From an uncultured Chlamydiae bacterium (GTDB taxonomy: Bacteria > Chlamydiota > Chlamydiia > Chlamydiales > Parachlamydiaceae), in the NCBI GenBank assembly GCA_963830365.1, contig CAWHMU010000041.1:32001-96000 (forward strand): DNA of 64,000 bases, read 5' to 3'. A program made the translations under genes and the position numbers. The notes beneath the pieces are model-generated. The model was not told the DNA's origin. It did not search any database and saw only the letters and a list, made by a program, of their open reading frames with translations. This document shows positions 1-10,151 of the stretch, in pieces. Position 1 is the first letter of the stretch. Each line of letters starts with the position of its first letter.

Positions 1-170
1 TTGTCTGTCTGGCTCAAGGTGGGCGGGTGCAAGCGGACTTTATTTGTGCGTTGGAATTGGTCATAGCGATACCGGCCGGAGGCGTTAAATTCGCTGCCCA
101 GTTCAAGAGCCGGCAGGCTGGTTGCATTGCTGATGAGCAAGCAACAGATAATTCCCTTCAAAAGATACAT
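1..170 (-). CDS. 5' part of an exported, possibly outer-membrane protein (runs off the window)
   Basis: Own translation MYLLKGIICCLLISNATSLPALELGSEFNASGRYRYDQFQ...; AGGAG RBS at 176-180; signal-peptide-like N-terminus; RYRYDQF resembles GYRQDKF of the OMP at 34282. Confidence 0.55.
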   Translation of the reverse strand, partial: MYLLKGIICCLLISNATSLPALELGSEFNASGRYRYDQFQRTNKVRLHPPTLSQTD

Positions 171-354
171 CGTCGCTCCTATCGCTCTTGAATTGACTAA
201 AGATAGTCTTTTAATGAAATGCCGTAGTTTTTGTCGAGCGCAAAAATCACTAAATCAAAGGAAATAATTGTCTTTTTGCACTTGCATGCTGCGCTTTTTT
301 ACTCTATGTTTGGAATTTATAGGTCATACAGTAAAATATTGAGGATTCTTATTC

Positions 355-978
355 ATGTTCAGCAAACTGATGCCGCATAAAGCAGAATTTTTTGATTTTT
401 TCGAGCAGCATGCCGCCATCACACTGGCAGCGGCGGAAAAATATTTAGCCTATATTTCCCATGCATACTCTCTCTCCAAGTTGTCGACTATCAAAGAGAT
501 GGAGCATCAAGCCGATAGGGTGACGCGCAACTGTATCGAAGCGCTGCATAAGACATTCATCACACCTATCGACCGGGATCAAATCCACAGCCTCATCAAT
601 GCCATGGATGATATCATGGATAGCATCGATGCCGCGGCCGACGAACTGGTGATTTATAAAATCCAGCATGTAACTAAAGAATTTATTTCGCTGGCGGAAA
701 TTCTGGTGCAGTCCATGCGGCAGGTGCAAATAGGCGTTAAGGGACTGCGCCGGTTGACTGAAAAGGAGACCATCAACCGAGTCCATCAGGAAGTGTACCG
801 CTTAGAGCACGAGGCCGATGTTGTCTTAAGGTCTGCGCTAGGACGACTATTCGATGAGGAAGCAGATGCCCGGCAGATCATCAAATGGAAGGATCTATAT
901 CAAACTCTGGAGAATGCCACAGACCAATGTGCGACTGTCACCGATGTGCTTGAAGGCATCCTATTGGAGAATTATTGA
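355..978 (+). CDS. DUF47 / PhoU-like phosphate transport regulator
   Basis: EHQAD...TFITPIDRDQI...DDIMD and EHEAD...LE.ATD motifs; directly upstream of a PiT transporter. Confidence 0.9.
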   Translation: MFSKLMPHKAEFFDFFEQHAAITLAAAEKYLAYISHAYSLSKLSTIKEMEHQADRVTRNCIEALHKTFITPIDRDQIHSLINAMDDIMDSIDAAADELVIYKIQHVTKEFISLAEILVQSMRQVQIGVKGLRRLTEKETINRVHQEVYRLEHEADVVLRSALGRLFDEEADARQIIKWKDLYQTLENATDQCATVTDVLEGILLENY

Positions 979-980
979 GC

Positions 981-2009
981 ATGAGTATTTCCATCGCTCT
1001 GCTGGTGTCGATTGTCTTGGTGGCGCTTGTTTTCGATTTGATCAACGGCTTCCATGATGCCGCTAATTCCATTGCTACCGTGGTCTCAACGCGCGTGTTA
1101 TCTCCCTCTTATGCAGTAATGTGGGCCAGTTTGTTCAATTTCATCGCCGTGCTGATTTTTGCCCCGCGGGTGGCGGATACAGTTTCTAAAATTATCAAAA
1201 TTGCCCCTCATGACATCGGCTATGCGTATGTGGTGTTGGCAGGTCTTATTGCCGCTATTGTGTGGGGATTGCTTACCTGGTATTTCGGGTTGCCGACGAG
1301 TTCTTCGCATGCAGTGATTGGGGGCTTGGTGGGTGCCGGCATCACGTATGGCGGGTGGGAAGTCCTGCGCATGGATAAGTTTCTCGAAGTGGTGATATTT
1401 ATTCTAATTGCACCCCTCATGGGATTCATTATAGGTCTTGTATTGATGGCGATCATGTACCGGCTGTGCTGGCATCTGCATCCCGCCAAAATCCAGAATT
1501 TCTTTAAAAGAGGGCAGCTATTGTCGGCGGCTTTATACTCCATCGGTCACGGCGCCAATGATGCGCAAAAGACCATGGGGATTATCGTGGCGCTGTTGAT
1601 CGCGGCCGGGCATTTTCAACCCGATATCCATTTGTCGTTATATAATCCCGAGACCCTATGGATTGTACTCTCCTGCCAACTGGCGATGGCGCTTGGCACA
1701 GCGCTTGGCGGCTGGCGGATTGTCAAAACCATGGGCATGAAAATCGTCAAACTTAAGCCTATTGGTGGTTTTTGCGCCGAGACGGCGGGGGCGCTAACGC
1801 TGTTTCTGGCGACCATTTTCGGTGTCCCGGTTTCGACGACCCATACGATTACGGGCGCCATTATTGGGGTCGGCACGGTCAGCGAACACCTGTCGCGTAT
1901 CAAATGGGGGGTGGCGGTACAGATCGTGTGGGCGTGGGTCTTGACGATTCCTGCCGCGGCGCTGCTCGCGGCCGGTTTATTTCAAGCTTTCAGTCTGTTT
2001 GTTTTGTAA
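981..2009 (+). CDS. pit: PiT-family inorganic phosphate transporter
   Basis: GFHDAANSIAT, GLPTSSSHA, HGANDAQK and PVSTTH signatures; ATG at 981. Confidence 0.95.
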   Translation: MSISIALLVSIVLVALVFDLINGFHDAANSIATVVSTRVLSPSYAVMWASLFNFIAVLIFAPRVADTVSKIIKIAPHDIGYAYVVLAGLIAAIVWGLLTWYFGLPTSSSHAVIGGLVGAGITYGGWEVLRMDKFLEVVIFILIAPLMGFIIGLVLMAIMYRLCWHLHPAKIQNFFKRGQLLSAALYSIGHGANDAQKTMGIIVALLIAAGHFQPDIHLSLYNPETLWIVLSCQLAMALGTALGGWRIVKTMGMKIVKLKPIGGFCAETAGALTLFLATIFGVPVSTTHTITGAIIGVGTVSEHLSRIKWGVAVQIVWAWVLTIPAAALLAAGLFQAFSLFVL

Positions 2010-2020
2010 AACCGCAAATC

Positions 2021-2190
2021 CTCAAAAAGTCATGGCGCAAGTTTCGGCGGAACGGCTTGAGGTCAGGCTTGCGATTTGCGATTTGAAAGGAGACTCCCTC
2101 CAAAATTCACCTTAGGATTTTTAAATCACAAATACACATAGCAGACCCCATCCAATCCTCAGTCATCAACCCTTGCTATGAGTTTTTGAG
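2021..2190. repeat. MITE-like element with imperfect terminal inverted repeats
   Basis: CTCAAAAAGTCATGGC ... GCTATGAGTTTTTGAG; the internal ATGGCGCAAGTTTCGGCGGAACGGCTTGAGGTC recurs at ~55395. Confidence 0.5.
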
Positions 2191-2275
2191 ATCTTAGGTA
2201 AATCCCTTTGATTTCTATCTGTATTTCCTGATATCCTGCTGATCTTTAAGTTCTAACGGAATAAGGGTTGAAACT

Positions 2276-3835
2276 ATGTCAGAAGTCAAAATCTCAAGTA
2301 AAATGGAAAAACTTGTCTCGCTATGCAAGCGGCGGGGATTTATCTTTCAATCGTCAGAGATCTACGGGGGATTGAACGGCTTCTGGGATTACGGACCCTT
2401 GGGAGTTGAACTTAAGCGCAACATCAAAGAAGCCTGGTGGCATGACATTGTGCGCGCGCCAGTCGTTGGCATCGATGGCAATCTGATAGAAATTGTCGGC
2501 GTCGACTGCTCGATTATAATGAACCCTAAAGCCTGGGTGGCTTCCGGCCATGTGGGCGGCTTCAGCGATCCGATGGTGGATTGCAGGGAGTCCAAGAACC
2601 GCTATCGTGCCGACCACCTGGTCTGTGCCGAAGTCATCGCTCTACAGCAAAAGCAGCCGCGCTCCTTTGGGGTGTTGGCAGTGCTGGATGGTGATGAAGC
2701 GTTAGCCGTCTGGACGAAAAAAGCCGAAAAGCTTGTTAAGAAAAATGGCGGCGGCGAGCTTATGCCTCCGACTGTCATGGTGCCCTATGTAGAGTTGCTG
2801 CCTGCCCTCCAAAAGGAAGTTATCGGGCCGGATGTGGATCAAGCCGGCACCTTGACAGAGCCGCGCCAGTTCAATCTGATGTTCAAAACTTTTGTGGGAG
2901 CGCTTGAAGATCCTGCTGCCATCGCCTACCTGCGTCCGGAGACGGCTCAGGGGATCTTCGTCAATTTCCGCAATGTGATCGATACCAGCCGCGTGAAGGT
3001 GCCTTTTGGGATTGCCCAAATCGGCAAAGCTTTCCGCAATGAGGTGACGCCACGCAATTATATTTTCCGCTCGCGCGAATTCGAGCAGATGGAAGTCGAG
3101 TTTTTCGTCCCTCCAAACGATGCTGCGGCCTGGTATGCCTTTTGGCGCAAGCAGCGCTACGATTGGTGGCTGTCGATCGGCATTTCAAGTCAGAATTTAC
3201 AGCTGCGTGAGCAGACCAAGGACGAGCTTGCTCACTATGCCAAAGTCGGCGCCGGCTGCAGCGATATCGAATATCGTTTTCCATTTACCGATCCCGGTTT
3301 TGGCGAACTCGAAGGGGTTGCCCACCGCGGAGATTACGATTTAAGGCAGCATGCCGAACATTCCGGCCAGGACGACCGCTTCAAATATTTCGATCAGGAA
3401 AAGAACGAACGCTATTTGCCGCATATCATCGAGCCATCGGCAGGGGCCGATCGCGGCGTGCTGGCATTGCTCTGTGAAGCCTATACCGATGATCCGGGAC
3501 GTCCCAGCGGCGTGGTGATGAAGTTCCATCCGCGCATGGCGCCAGTCAAAGCCGGTATCTTCCCGCTGGTTGATAAGGACGGCATGCCGGAAATTGCCCG
3601 CAACCTGTATGTTGAATTGCGCAAGAAGTGGAACGTGCAGCTCGATGTGAAACAGACCATCGGCAAGCGCTATGCCCGCATGGATGAGGCAGGCACGCCT
3701 TTCTGCTTTACGATCGACACGCAGACCCTCAGCGATCAAACAGTCACCGTGCGCCACCGCGACACATTGTTGCAAGAGCGCATCGCCATTGCGCAGGTGG
3801 CCAAGTTTCTTGCCGACCATATCGAAAAGGCCTGA
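2276..3835 (+). CDS. glyQS: Glycine--tRNA ligase, homodimeric (alpha2) type
   Basis: LCKRRGFIFQSSEIYGG, YLRPETAQGIF, FRNEVTP...REFEQME, IEPSAG.DR, IGKRYARMDEAGTP. Confidence 0.95.
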   Translation: MSEVKISSKMEKLVSLCKRRGFIFQSSEIYGGLNGFWDYGPLGVELKRNIKEAWWHDIVRAPVVGIDGNLIEIVGVDCSIIMNPKAWVASGHVGGFSDPMVDCRESKNRYRADHLVCAEVIALQQKQPRSFGVLAVLDGDEALAVWTKKAEKLVKKNGGGELMPPTVMVPYVELLPALQKEVIGPDVDQAGTLTEPRQFNLMFKTFVGALEDPAAIAYLRPETAQGIFVNFRNVIDTSRVKVPFGIAQIGKAFRNEVTPRNYIFRSREFEQMEVEFFVPPNDAAAWYAFWRKQRYDWWLSIGISSQNLQLREQTKDELAHYAKVGAGCSDIEYRFPFTDPGFGELEGVAHRGDYDLRQHAEHSGQDDRFKYFDQEKNERYLPHIIEPSAGADRGVLALLCEAYTDDPGRPSGVVMKFHPRMAPVKAGIFPLVDKDGMPEIARNLYVELRKKWNVQLDVKQTIGKRYARMDEAGTPFCFTIDTQTLSDQTVTVRHRDTLLQERIAIAQVAKFLADHIEKA

Positions 3836-3851
3836 GCCGGTAATTTCAATG

Positions 3852-3954
3852 TTCACCACAGAGGCTCAGAGACACAGAGGAAATGTCTTGTGCTTGCAAT
3901 CAGGAGCACAGGCGTTTTCTCTGTGTCTCTGTGTCTTTGTGCCTCTGTGGTGAA
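3852..3954. repeat. REP-like inverted doublet (TTCACCACAGAG family)
   Basis: TTCACCACAGAGGCTCAGAGACACAGAG ... CTCTGTGTCTTTGTGCCTCTGTGGTGAA between convergent genes. Confidence 0.85.
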
Positions 3955-3968
3955 AATTTGATTTTGTA

Positions 3969-4703
3969 CTAGGAAATTTTTTCTTCTTTCCTGATGGCAT
4001 GGCGCATTTCTTTATCGATTTCTTGCCATAGTAAAGGACTTTGACGCGTGGCGTCTGTGATTTTCCATTCCCGAGAGATTTGGCAGCTGTTGAGCAATAA
4101 GATGCGATCAGAGAGCGATAGCGCATCGCGGAAGTCGTGCGTCACCATCAGCATCGTCGTGCCATAACGCCGCCGGATGTCATGCAGCAGGGCATGCATC
4201 TGTTCGCGCAGGCTGACATCCAATGAGGCAAACGGTTCGTCCAGCAGCAGCAGGGGGCGCTTTTGCAATAGCACCCTGGCCAACGACACACGCTGCCTCA
4301 TCCCGCCCGATAGTTCATGAGGATACGCATCCTGCCAATCGGCCAACCCCATCTCTCGCAGATATAACTGAGCCTCTGCGCGCAGCGCAGCTGTTGCTGA
4401 GGCCCGTTTTCCCAATTCGCCAACAAGCAGCAGGTTGTTTAATACCGTGCGCCATGGCAGCATCAGATCGTCTTGTGTCATATAGGCGACATGCTGCCAG
4501 GCGTCGGGCACAACGCAGCCCGCGATCGAAAGTTTTCCCTGTTGCGGTGTCAAAATTCCCGTTAACAACCTAAAGAGGGTCGTTTTACCCGAGCCAGAAG
4601 AGCCAATAAGCGTGCCGATTTCACCCGGCGCAAGCGTCAGGTTGAACTGTTGTAGCACCGCATGGGTGGCAAAGGAAAATGAAAGGTCTTCAATATGCAG
4701 CAT
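3969..4703 (-). CDS. ABC transporter ATP-binding protein (nitrate/sulfonate/TauB-like)
   Basis: Walker A GSSGSGKT, YPHELSGGMRQR, LLLLDEPF, VTHD. Confidence 0.9.
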   Translation of the reverse strand: MLHIEDLSFSFATHAVLQQFNLTLAPGEIGTLIGSSGSGKTTLFRLLTGILTPQQGKLSIAGCVVPDAWQHVAYMTQDDLMLPWRTVLNNLLLVGELGKRASATAALRAEAQLYLREMGLADWQDAYPHELSGGMRQRVSLARVLLQKRPLLLLDEPFASLDVSLREQMHALLHDIRRRYGTTMLMVTHDFRDALSLSDRILLLNSCQISREWKITDATRQSPLLWQEIDKEMRHAIRKEEKIS

Positions 4704-4887
4704 TGTATTTTGAATGATAGCAGGCCTAGGGTCCTTAAAAAGAATGCCATATGGAGTCTAAAAAAGCAATTATCATTTTGGTTGTTTCAGGTGTTGAAAG
4801 AAACAGGGGTTTTGCTTAAAATCATTGCGCTGACTCGATCTTTCAATGAGTGGCATCAACATTTTTTTATTTATGTAGGAGAATATT

Positions 4888-5217
4888 ATGTCTATTGCGA
4901 ATCCTCTAAATATTCTTGAGGACTTTCCTGTAAATGATACCAAGCTGCTACTCAAAAATCTTAAAGTCGATTTAGCCAAGGTAGCCGAAGAGCCTGGCTA
5001 CGAAGGAGAAGCCGATATCCTATTATGTGTCATCGCAAGTTTAGAGAAGGAATTAGCTAACACTCAAAGTGTCAAGGCTCTCAGCAAAGACAAACAAGCC
5101 AGAGTGCTTGCCGATATGTGTCTGTTGATGCAATTCATGCAGGCCAGTGAGCTCGATGATGAGGGAGATATTTTCGAAGACGACGAATATGAATTTGAAG
5201 ACGAAGACGAGGAATAG
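4888..5217 (+). CDS. Hypothetical protein with acidic C-terminal tail
   Basis: 109-aa ORF with AGGAG RBS; D/E-rich tail. Confidence 0.75.
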   Translation: MSIANPLNILEDFPVNDTKLLLKNLKVDLAKVAEEPGYEGEADILLCVIASLEKELANTQSVKALSKDKQARVLADMCLLMQFMQASELDDEGDIFEDDEYEFEDEDEE

Positions 5218-5265
5218 CAGAATTTTTAGTGTAAACGGCCTTTTACTAAATCAAACAAGGACCAC

Positions 5266-5874
5266 ATGATGAAACAAGTTTGTCTTCTACTCGTGTTAAG
5301 CATGATGAGCTTAGCTAGTTTGTGTTTCTCATCAACCCCAAAGGACCAGCAACCAATGACAGATAAACAAAAAAATCCCATCGTTTTAATTAAAACGACA
5401 CAGGGCGACATCAAAGTCGAGCTATATGCCGATAAAGCGCCACTCTCGGTAAAAAACTTCCTCCAGTATGTGAATGAAGGTTTCTATGACCATACAATTT
5501 TTCATCGCGTCATCGAAGGCTTCATGATCCAGGGGGGCGGTTTCACCAAAGATATGCAGCAAAAGACTACCCATGCCACCATTAAAAATGAAGCCGAAAA
5601 CGGCTTGTCAAACAAAGCCGGCACGCTGGCCATGGCCCGCACAAGCGATGTCAATAGCGCCACTGCGCAGTTTTTTATCAATACTGTCGACAATCCATTC
5701 CTTGATTTCAAAGGCAAATCATCCAGCGCATATGGATATTGCGTCTTCGGTAAAGTTATCGAAGGTATGGATGTGGTGAATAAGATCAAAAAGGTAAAGA
5801 CTGCTAATAAAGGACCATTTGAAAATGTGCCTGTAGAAACTGTGGAAATTATCGAAGCCAAGGAACTAAGCTAA
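5266..5874 (+). CDS. ppiA: Cyclophilin-type peptidyl-prolyl isomerase with signal peptide
   Basis: [38 protein letters not shown]. Confidence 0.93.
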   Translation: MMKQVCLLLVLSMMSLASLCFSSTPKDQQPMTDKQKNPIVLIKTTQGDIKVELYADKAPLSVKNFLQYVNEGFYDHTIFHRVIEGFMIQGGGFTKDMQQKTTHATIKNEAENGLSNKAGTLAMARTSDVNSATAQFFINTVDNPFLDFKGKSSSAYGYCVFGKVIEGMDVVNKIKKVKTANKGPFENVPVETVEIIEAKELS

Positions 5875-5894
5875 GTTATCTTGTTAAGTCCATA

Positions 5895-5933
5895 GGCCAC
5901 GCGCGGCTTGCCCGCGCGTGGCCGCCAAAAAAA
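5895..5933. terminator. GC-rich hairpin, possible terminator
   Basis: GGCCACGCGCGG-CTTGC-CCGCGCGTGGCC just after the ppi stop, followed by an A-run. Confidence 0.5.
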
Positions 5934-6202
5934 GTCGTTAGTCATCCGGCCCACCTGCCTTAAATGGAAGTCGTGATCATCTCTCCGGACAAGAAAGTTG
6001 ATTGATAGCGACAAGTCTTTCTCTGTAAGCTCTGTGAGCTCTGTAGTCGTAAATTTTTAAATGCAAGGCGCGATCGGCGACATAGTTAACAGTTGGTTCA
6101 CCTACATAGGTAATACTTTTCGGTTAGTTGTTTGATATTAGTACTTGATGTAATGTGAATTGGCGGTTATGCTTTTTGTTTTTATATAAAGGCGGGTGTT
6201 TT

Positions 6203-8134
6203 ATGTCGTCTGTAGATTCAGTTGGTAACAGCATTTTTTATGCGCACGCGATGCCGACCCAAAAGGCCGACACTTCAATTTCCTTGAAAATAGCATCACA
6301 AGCTATCCCCCATCAAACATTAATGGCGAACATAGAAGGCATAAAGGGAAAGGTCTCTACCAATCCGTCCTATACCCTAAGCCAGGCGGAACAGGCCCAA
6401 GTTAAAGAAGCCTTTGTCCGATGCAATCAGCTATTTTCGGGAGATTTGTTAAAAAAGCTAAGCCAGCTGCCGCCGGATGCCGTCAAAACAGCCATCTTCA
6501 GCGCCCTTGAAGAGGGCGATGAATCCAAAATCCAGGACAGCCTGCGCTGTTTTCTGAAAGCTCTGGCCGATACTAACCTTGCCTATCTGGCGGATCTCAA
6601 TCCGGAAAGAATGAACGACATCCTGAAATCGAATGCGTTGATCAGCGACCGGGCACTGAAAAGCGTGCTGCATACCAAAGGCAAAGCCATTGGCAGGGAG
6701 CTCAAATATCAGATTTCATATTTTACCCATCACCTCATTCGAATGTTCATCTCACTGACGGGCCTGACGGAAATAGGGGGAGGAAAGGCGACGCAGTGGG
6801 ATTCCGGTGAAATGAAAAGCTATGAGGCTAAAGCCAAATTGGAGTTCTATATAATTTTACTGGCCGCTCCCTCAATTCTTTTTGCCTCTTTATTTGCCAT
6901 TTTGGGGTCCGCTGCCGCCGCCATCACCGTCACCGGCATCGCCATCGCCGGCTGTTTGCTAATGATTCCCGTCTACCAGCGCTATTTAAGGCCCTGTCCA
7001 AATAGCTATATGGGCCTGGAAAATCTAAATCAAAAGATATTGCGCAGCAATGAACCGCCAATTTTCCAAAGAACAGATATCTTGAATCGCATCCAAAGCG
7101 CCTTTCGGGCGGGTAAAGGGGTGGTGTTGACCGGAGATGCAGGCACCGGCAAGACTTCGATTGCGGATTCTTTAGCAGGACTGATTGTTTCACAGCAGGC
7201 CGCCGCCTTTCTGCATAAAGCCCAAATGTTCTCCACCAATGCCAATCAATTCAAAAGCTCGGGTTATGACAACTTGAGTTTTAATTCGATCGGTGAGCAT
7301 TTCCAGGATCACTCAAAAGATGTTATCTTTTTCATCGATGAAATCGCCGGCCTTTTCGGAGGCGGGGATAGAAAGGGCAACCCCGCGAAATCGCTGCTGA
7401 CCTTTGCCGACAAGTACCGTTATATCTTATGCGCCACTACCAATGCCGAATATGAAAAGATGAAGAGAAGAGAAGAGGATTTCACCCCGTTCAACCGGCG
7501 CTTTGTGCACATAAAAATCGGTGCCTTGAAGCCGCAAGAGCTCGAAATCGCTCTTTATGAACATCTCCATTACAAATCTCCAGAGTTGATGCTGGAAGAA
7601 AATGTGCTCTCTTACATTGCTGAGAAAGCTGCCGAATTTAATTCTAAGACCTCCCAAGTTGATGCTTCCATCTCTTTACTGGCAAGCGCCATCGACAAAG
7701 CTACCTATATTACCTTTGAGACCCAGGAAAAGCAGGTCGATGACTTAAAGCTGGAAATCGATTATTTAGAAAAACATCTTCTGCATAGCGATCAAGAAGT
7801 GTCGAAGAAGGTATTGGAATCCTACCAGCAAAAACAAATCGCGCTGGCTAGTGCCAAAAGCGAGCTTTCCGGCAAGCTTGAAGCCCTGAACCGCATCAGA
7901 AAAATCGAAGCCGTCTGTCTTGAAATAAAACGCCAGGGCTATCAACTGGCGGCTAAAAGCCTAAAAGCGGCCTCGCCGAATCCAAAGCAATGGATGATTA
8001 ACCACGCCATCCACAAAATCTTCACCGACTTTGTCGCCCTCAAACGCCGGCAGCTCGGCCTGCCGATAGGCATCAATAAGGCGCTGATCGACAGCCTTGT
8101 AGCTGCATCTAAAGAAGCTGCCTCTGTTGCTTAG
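6203..8134 (+). CDS. AAA+ ATPase (ClpA/B NBD1-like) with transmembrane hairpin and N-terminal extension
   Basis: Walker A GDAGTGKT, Walker B IFFIDE, CATT..EY, FNRRF; long hydrophobic stretch before the ATPase; ATG at 6203. Confidence 0.8.
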   Translation: MSSVDSVGNSIFYAHAMPTQKADTSISLKIASQAIPHQTLMANIEGIKGKVSTNPSYTLSQAEQAQVKEAFVRCNQLFSGDLLKKLSQLPPDAVKTAIFSALEEGDESKIQDSLRCFLKALADTNLAYLADLNPERMNDILKSNALISDRALKSVLHTKGKAIGRELKYQISYFTHHLIRMFISLTGLTEIGGGKATQWDSGEMKSYEAKAKLEFYIILLAAPSILFASLFAILGSAAAAITVTGIAIAGCLLMIPVYQRYLRPCPNSYMGLENLNQKILRSNEPPIFQRTDILNRIQSAFRAGKGVVLTGDAGTGKTSIADSLAGLIVSQQAAAFLHKAQMFSTNANQFKSSGYDNLSFNSIGEHFQDHSKDVIFFIDEIAGLFGGGDRKGNPAKSLLTFADKYRYILCATTNAEYEKMKRREEDFTPFNRRFVHIKIGALKPQELEIALYEHLHYKSPELMLEENVLSYIAEKAAEFNSKTSQVDASISLLASAIDKATYITFETQEKQVDDLKLEIDYLEKHLLHSDQEVSKKVLESYQQKQIALASAKSELSGKLEALNRIRKIEAVCLEIKRQGYQLAAKSLKAASPNPKQWMINHAIHKIFTDFVALKRRQLGLPIGINKALIDSLVAASKEAASVA

Positions 8135-9032
8135 TGGACTTTATTATTAGTTCTAGATAGCACCTCTACCATGAAATCGATGAATTTGCGGATTTTGATG
8201 TGGACATGCGAGGTCTGTAAATAAGAAATGTGAATAGGAATGGTATTTTTATCTTCATTGTATTCATGCAGAATTTCGACTAGTCTATTTTCCTTTAAAT
8301 CATCAGCGATGATGTAGTCATGCAGCTGGGCGATACCAAGGCCTCCCAGTGCACACCTTCTGATGGCGCGCGTATCGTTGACATACAAATATGGTTGGAA
8401 GTGGATCGTTTGACCTGTTTTGAATTCGATGATATTATTTGGCCGGCGCTGCGTCCGGGTAATAATCAGGTGCTCTGCTAGATCGGAGGGCTTTTTCGGC
8501 ATGCCATATTTCGTCACATATTCTGGCGAAGCACAAAATACCCATCGTGCATACATTAATGTCCGCTGAATACAGTTGACAGAGATCCCTGTGGTAAGCC
8601 CCACCACAATATCCACGTTCTCCTTTTCCACATCAGGCATCGTCTGGGTGAATTCTATATGAAGGCGCAGCTTAGGATAGCGTTCGAGAAATTCCTTTAA
8701 ATGTGGAATCACATACAAATTGCCAATCTGGGGGGGCCACATACTATTTTTAATATTCCGGAAGGTTCTTCTTTGAAATGTGAAATGGCAGCTTCGGCCT
8801 GCTGATAGGCTTCCAGGATGTGTTTGGCATGATCAAAATACAATAATCCTTCAGCCGTTAAATCAATTCGCCGTGTAGACCGTTTCAAAAGTTGAGTGTT
8901 GAGTTGATCTTCTAAGGCTGAAATATGCTTACTGACGGCTGCAGAGGTGATTTTTAGATGGCGGGAAGCCGCCGCCATAGAAGCACGGTTTACAACCTCG
9001 ATGAAAGTGACTAGCCAGACTGGATTTATCAT
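8131..9032 (-). CDS. LysR-family regulator, split by a frameshift in a G7 run (8730-8736)
   Basis: N-terminal HTH (SAAVSKHISALE...RSTRRIDLT) in one frame and substrate-binding domain (FLERYPKL...GLGIAQL) in another; divergent from ridA. Confidence 0.85.
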
Positions 9033-9067
9033 ATTTATTGTATTGCCTTGCATTATCCGGCTTTTGA

Positions 9068-9343
9068 TTTAATTTCGAGCATCTAAACATCAAGTATCAA
9101 GAATCTTGAATTAGCCGTGAAGACGGCGACAGCAAGTAGCCACAGGTGTTAACCTGTGGTAAATTCATCCGCAATATCCAGCCGTGGCTACGGCGGCAGA
9201 GCCTTGAAGACCCTGCCGCCGTAGCCACGGCTAAATCTCTTTGGCAGTGATTGCCACTGGCTTGCACCTGTGGCTAGTTGCTGCCGCCGTATTCACGGTT
9301 AATGCAAGCTCTTGGCCTGGATGTTTAGATGCACGAAATTAAA
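9068..9343. repeat. Long imperfect palindromic element (family E)
   Basis: TAATTTCGAGCATCTAAACATC...GATGTTTAGATGCACGAAATTA ends; nested AGCCGTGGCTACGGCGGCAG / CTGCCGCCGTAGCCACGGCT; one arm recurs at 63846. Confidence 0.85.
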
Positions 9344-9537
9344 GCATTAGCCCAATATGTCAAATTCTCACTAGATCATGGTATAACGCATTATCAACGA
9401 TTCGTAACAGGTATCAACTTGTCATGGTATTATAAACTATCTGTTGATTAAATACAATGTGCGTATTACTTAAACAAATCGATACCGTTGGTGTTGTTTG
9501 TGGTAGTTAAACTAAATAATAAAAAAAAGGATTTAAC

Positions 9538-10011
9538 ATGAAAGTTGTTTTTAAAAAAACGGCATTTATTTTAGCCACCTGCTGCCTGGCTTCCGCAAGC
9601 TTACCATTATTGGCCAATCCCGAGATCACCCAAATTATGACAGATCAGGCTCCTAAAGCCATAGGCCCTTATTCTCAAGCCATTTGTGCAGGGTCTTATG
9701 TCTTTGTTTCCGGACAGATTGCCATCGATCCTAGCCTTGGCAAGTTAGCTGGTGAGACGATTGAAGCACAAACCAGGCAGGTGTTGAAAAACATGGAAGC
9801 CATTTTAGCCGCTCAAGGATTGACCCTTGAAAATGTTGTGAAAACAGATGTTTATCTAAAGGATTTGAAAGATTTTCAAGCGATGAATGGCGTTTATGGC
9901 GAGAAATTTTCATATGCCATCAATCCTGCACGAGCAACGGTGCAGATCAGCAAGCTGCCGCTTGATGCGTTGGTTGAAATCTCATGTGTGGCCTTCATCC
10001 CTGGTCAATAA
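9538..10011 (+). CDS. ridA: RidA (YjgF/YER057c/UK114) imine deaminase with signal-like N-terminus
   Basis: APKAIGPYSQA, VSGQI, NPARATV, LP..ALVEI. Confidence 0.9.
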   Translation: MKVVFKKTAFILATCCLASASLPLLANPEITQIMTDQAPKAIGPYSQAICAGSYVFVSGQIAIDPSLGKLAGETIEAQTRQVLKNMEAILAAQGLTLENVVKTDVYLKDLKDFQAMNGVYGEKFSYAINPARATVQISKLPLDALVEISCVAFIPGQ

Positions 10012-10151
10012 TTATAGAAAGGGTTAGTTAGGAGTTTCAAGCTATGTCATAGCTGGTCTACGAAAGTGGGGCGGGTCTTAGGCATAAGGGATCCAAGGGA
10101 TTTCATCCCTTGGCAGGGGGATTATTAAGGGGGACAGCGTCCCCCTTAATT

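Noticed and set aside
2010..2275. T-box or riboswitch upstream of GlyRS
   Set aside because: No T-box consensus seen; the structure is explained by a repeat shared with ~55400.
10085..10150. ncRNA between ridA and the tRNA
   Set aside because: Only two short G/C hairpins; these could be a terminator or an IS-end remnant, with no further support.
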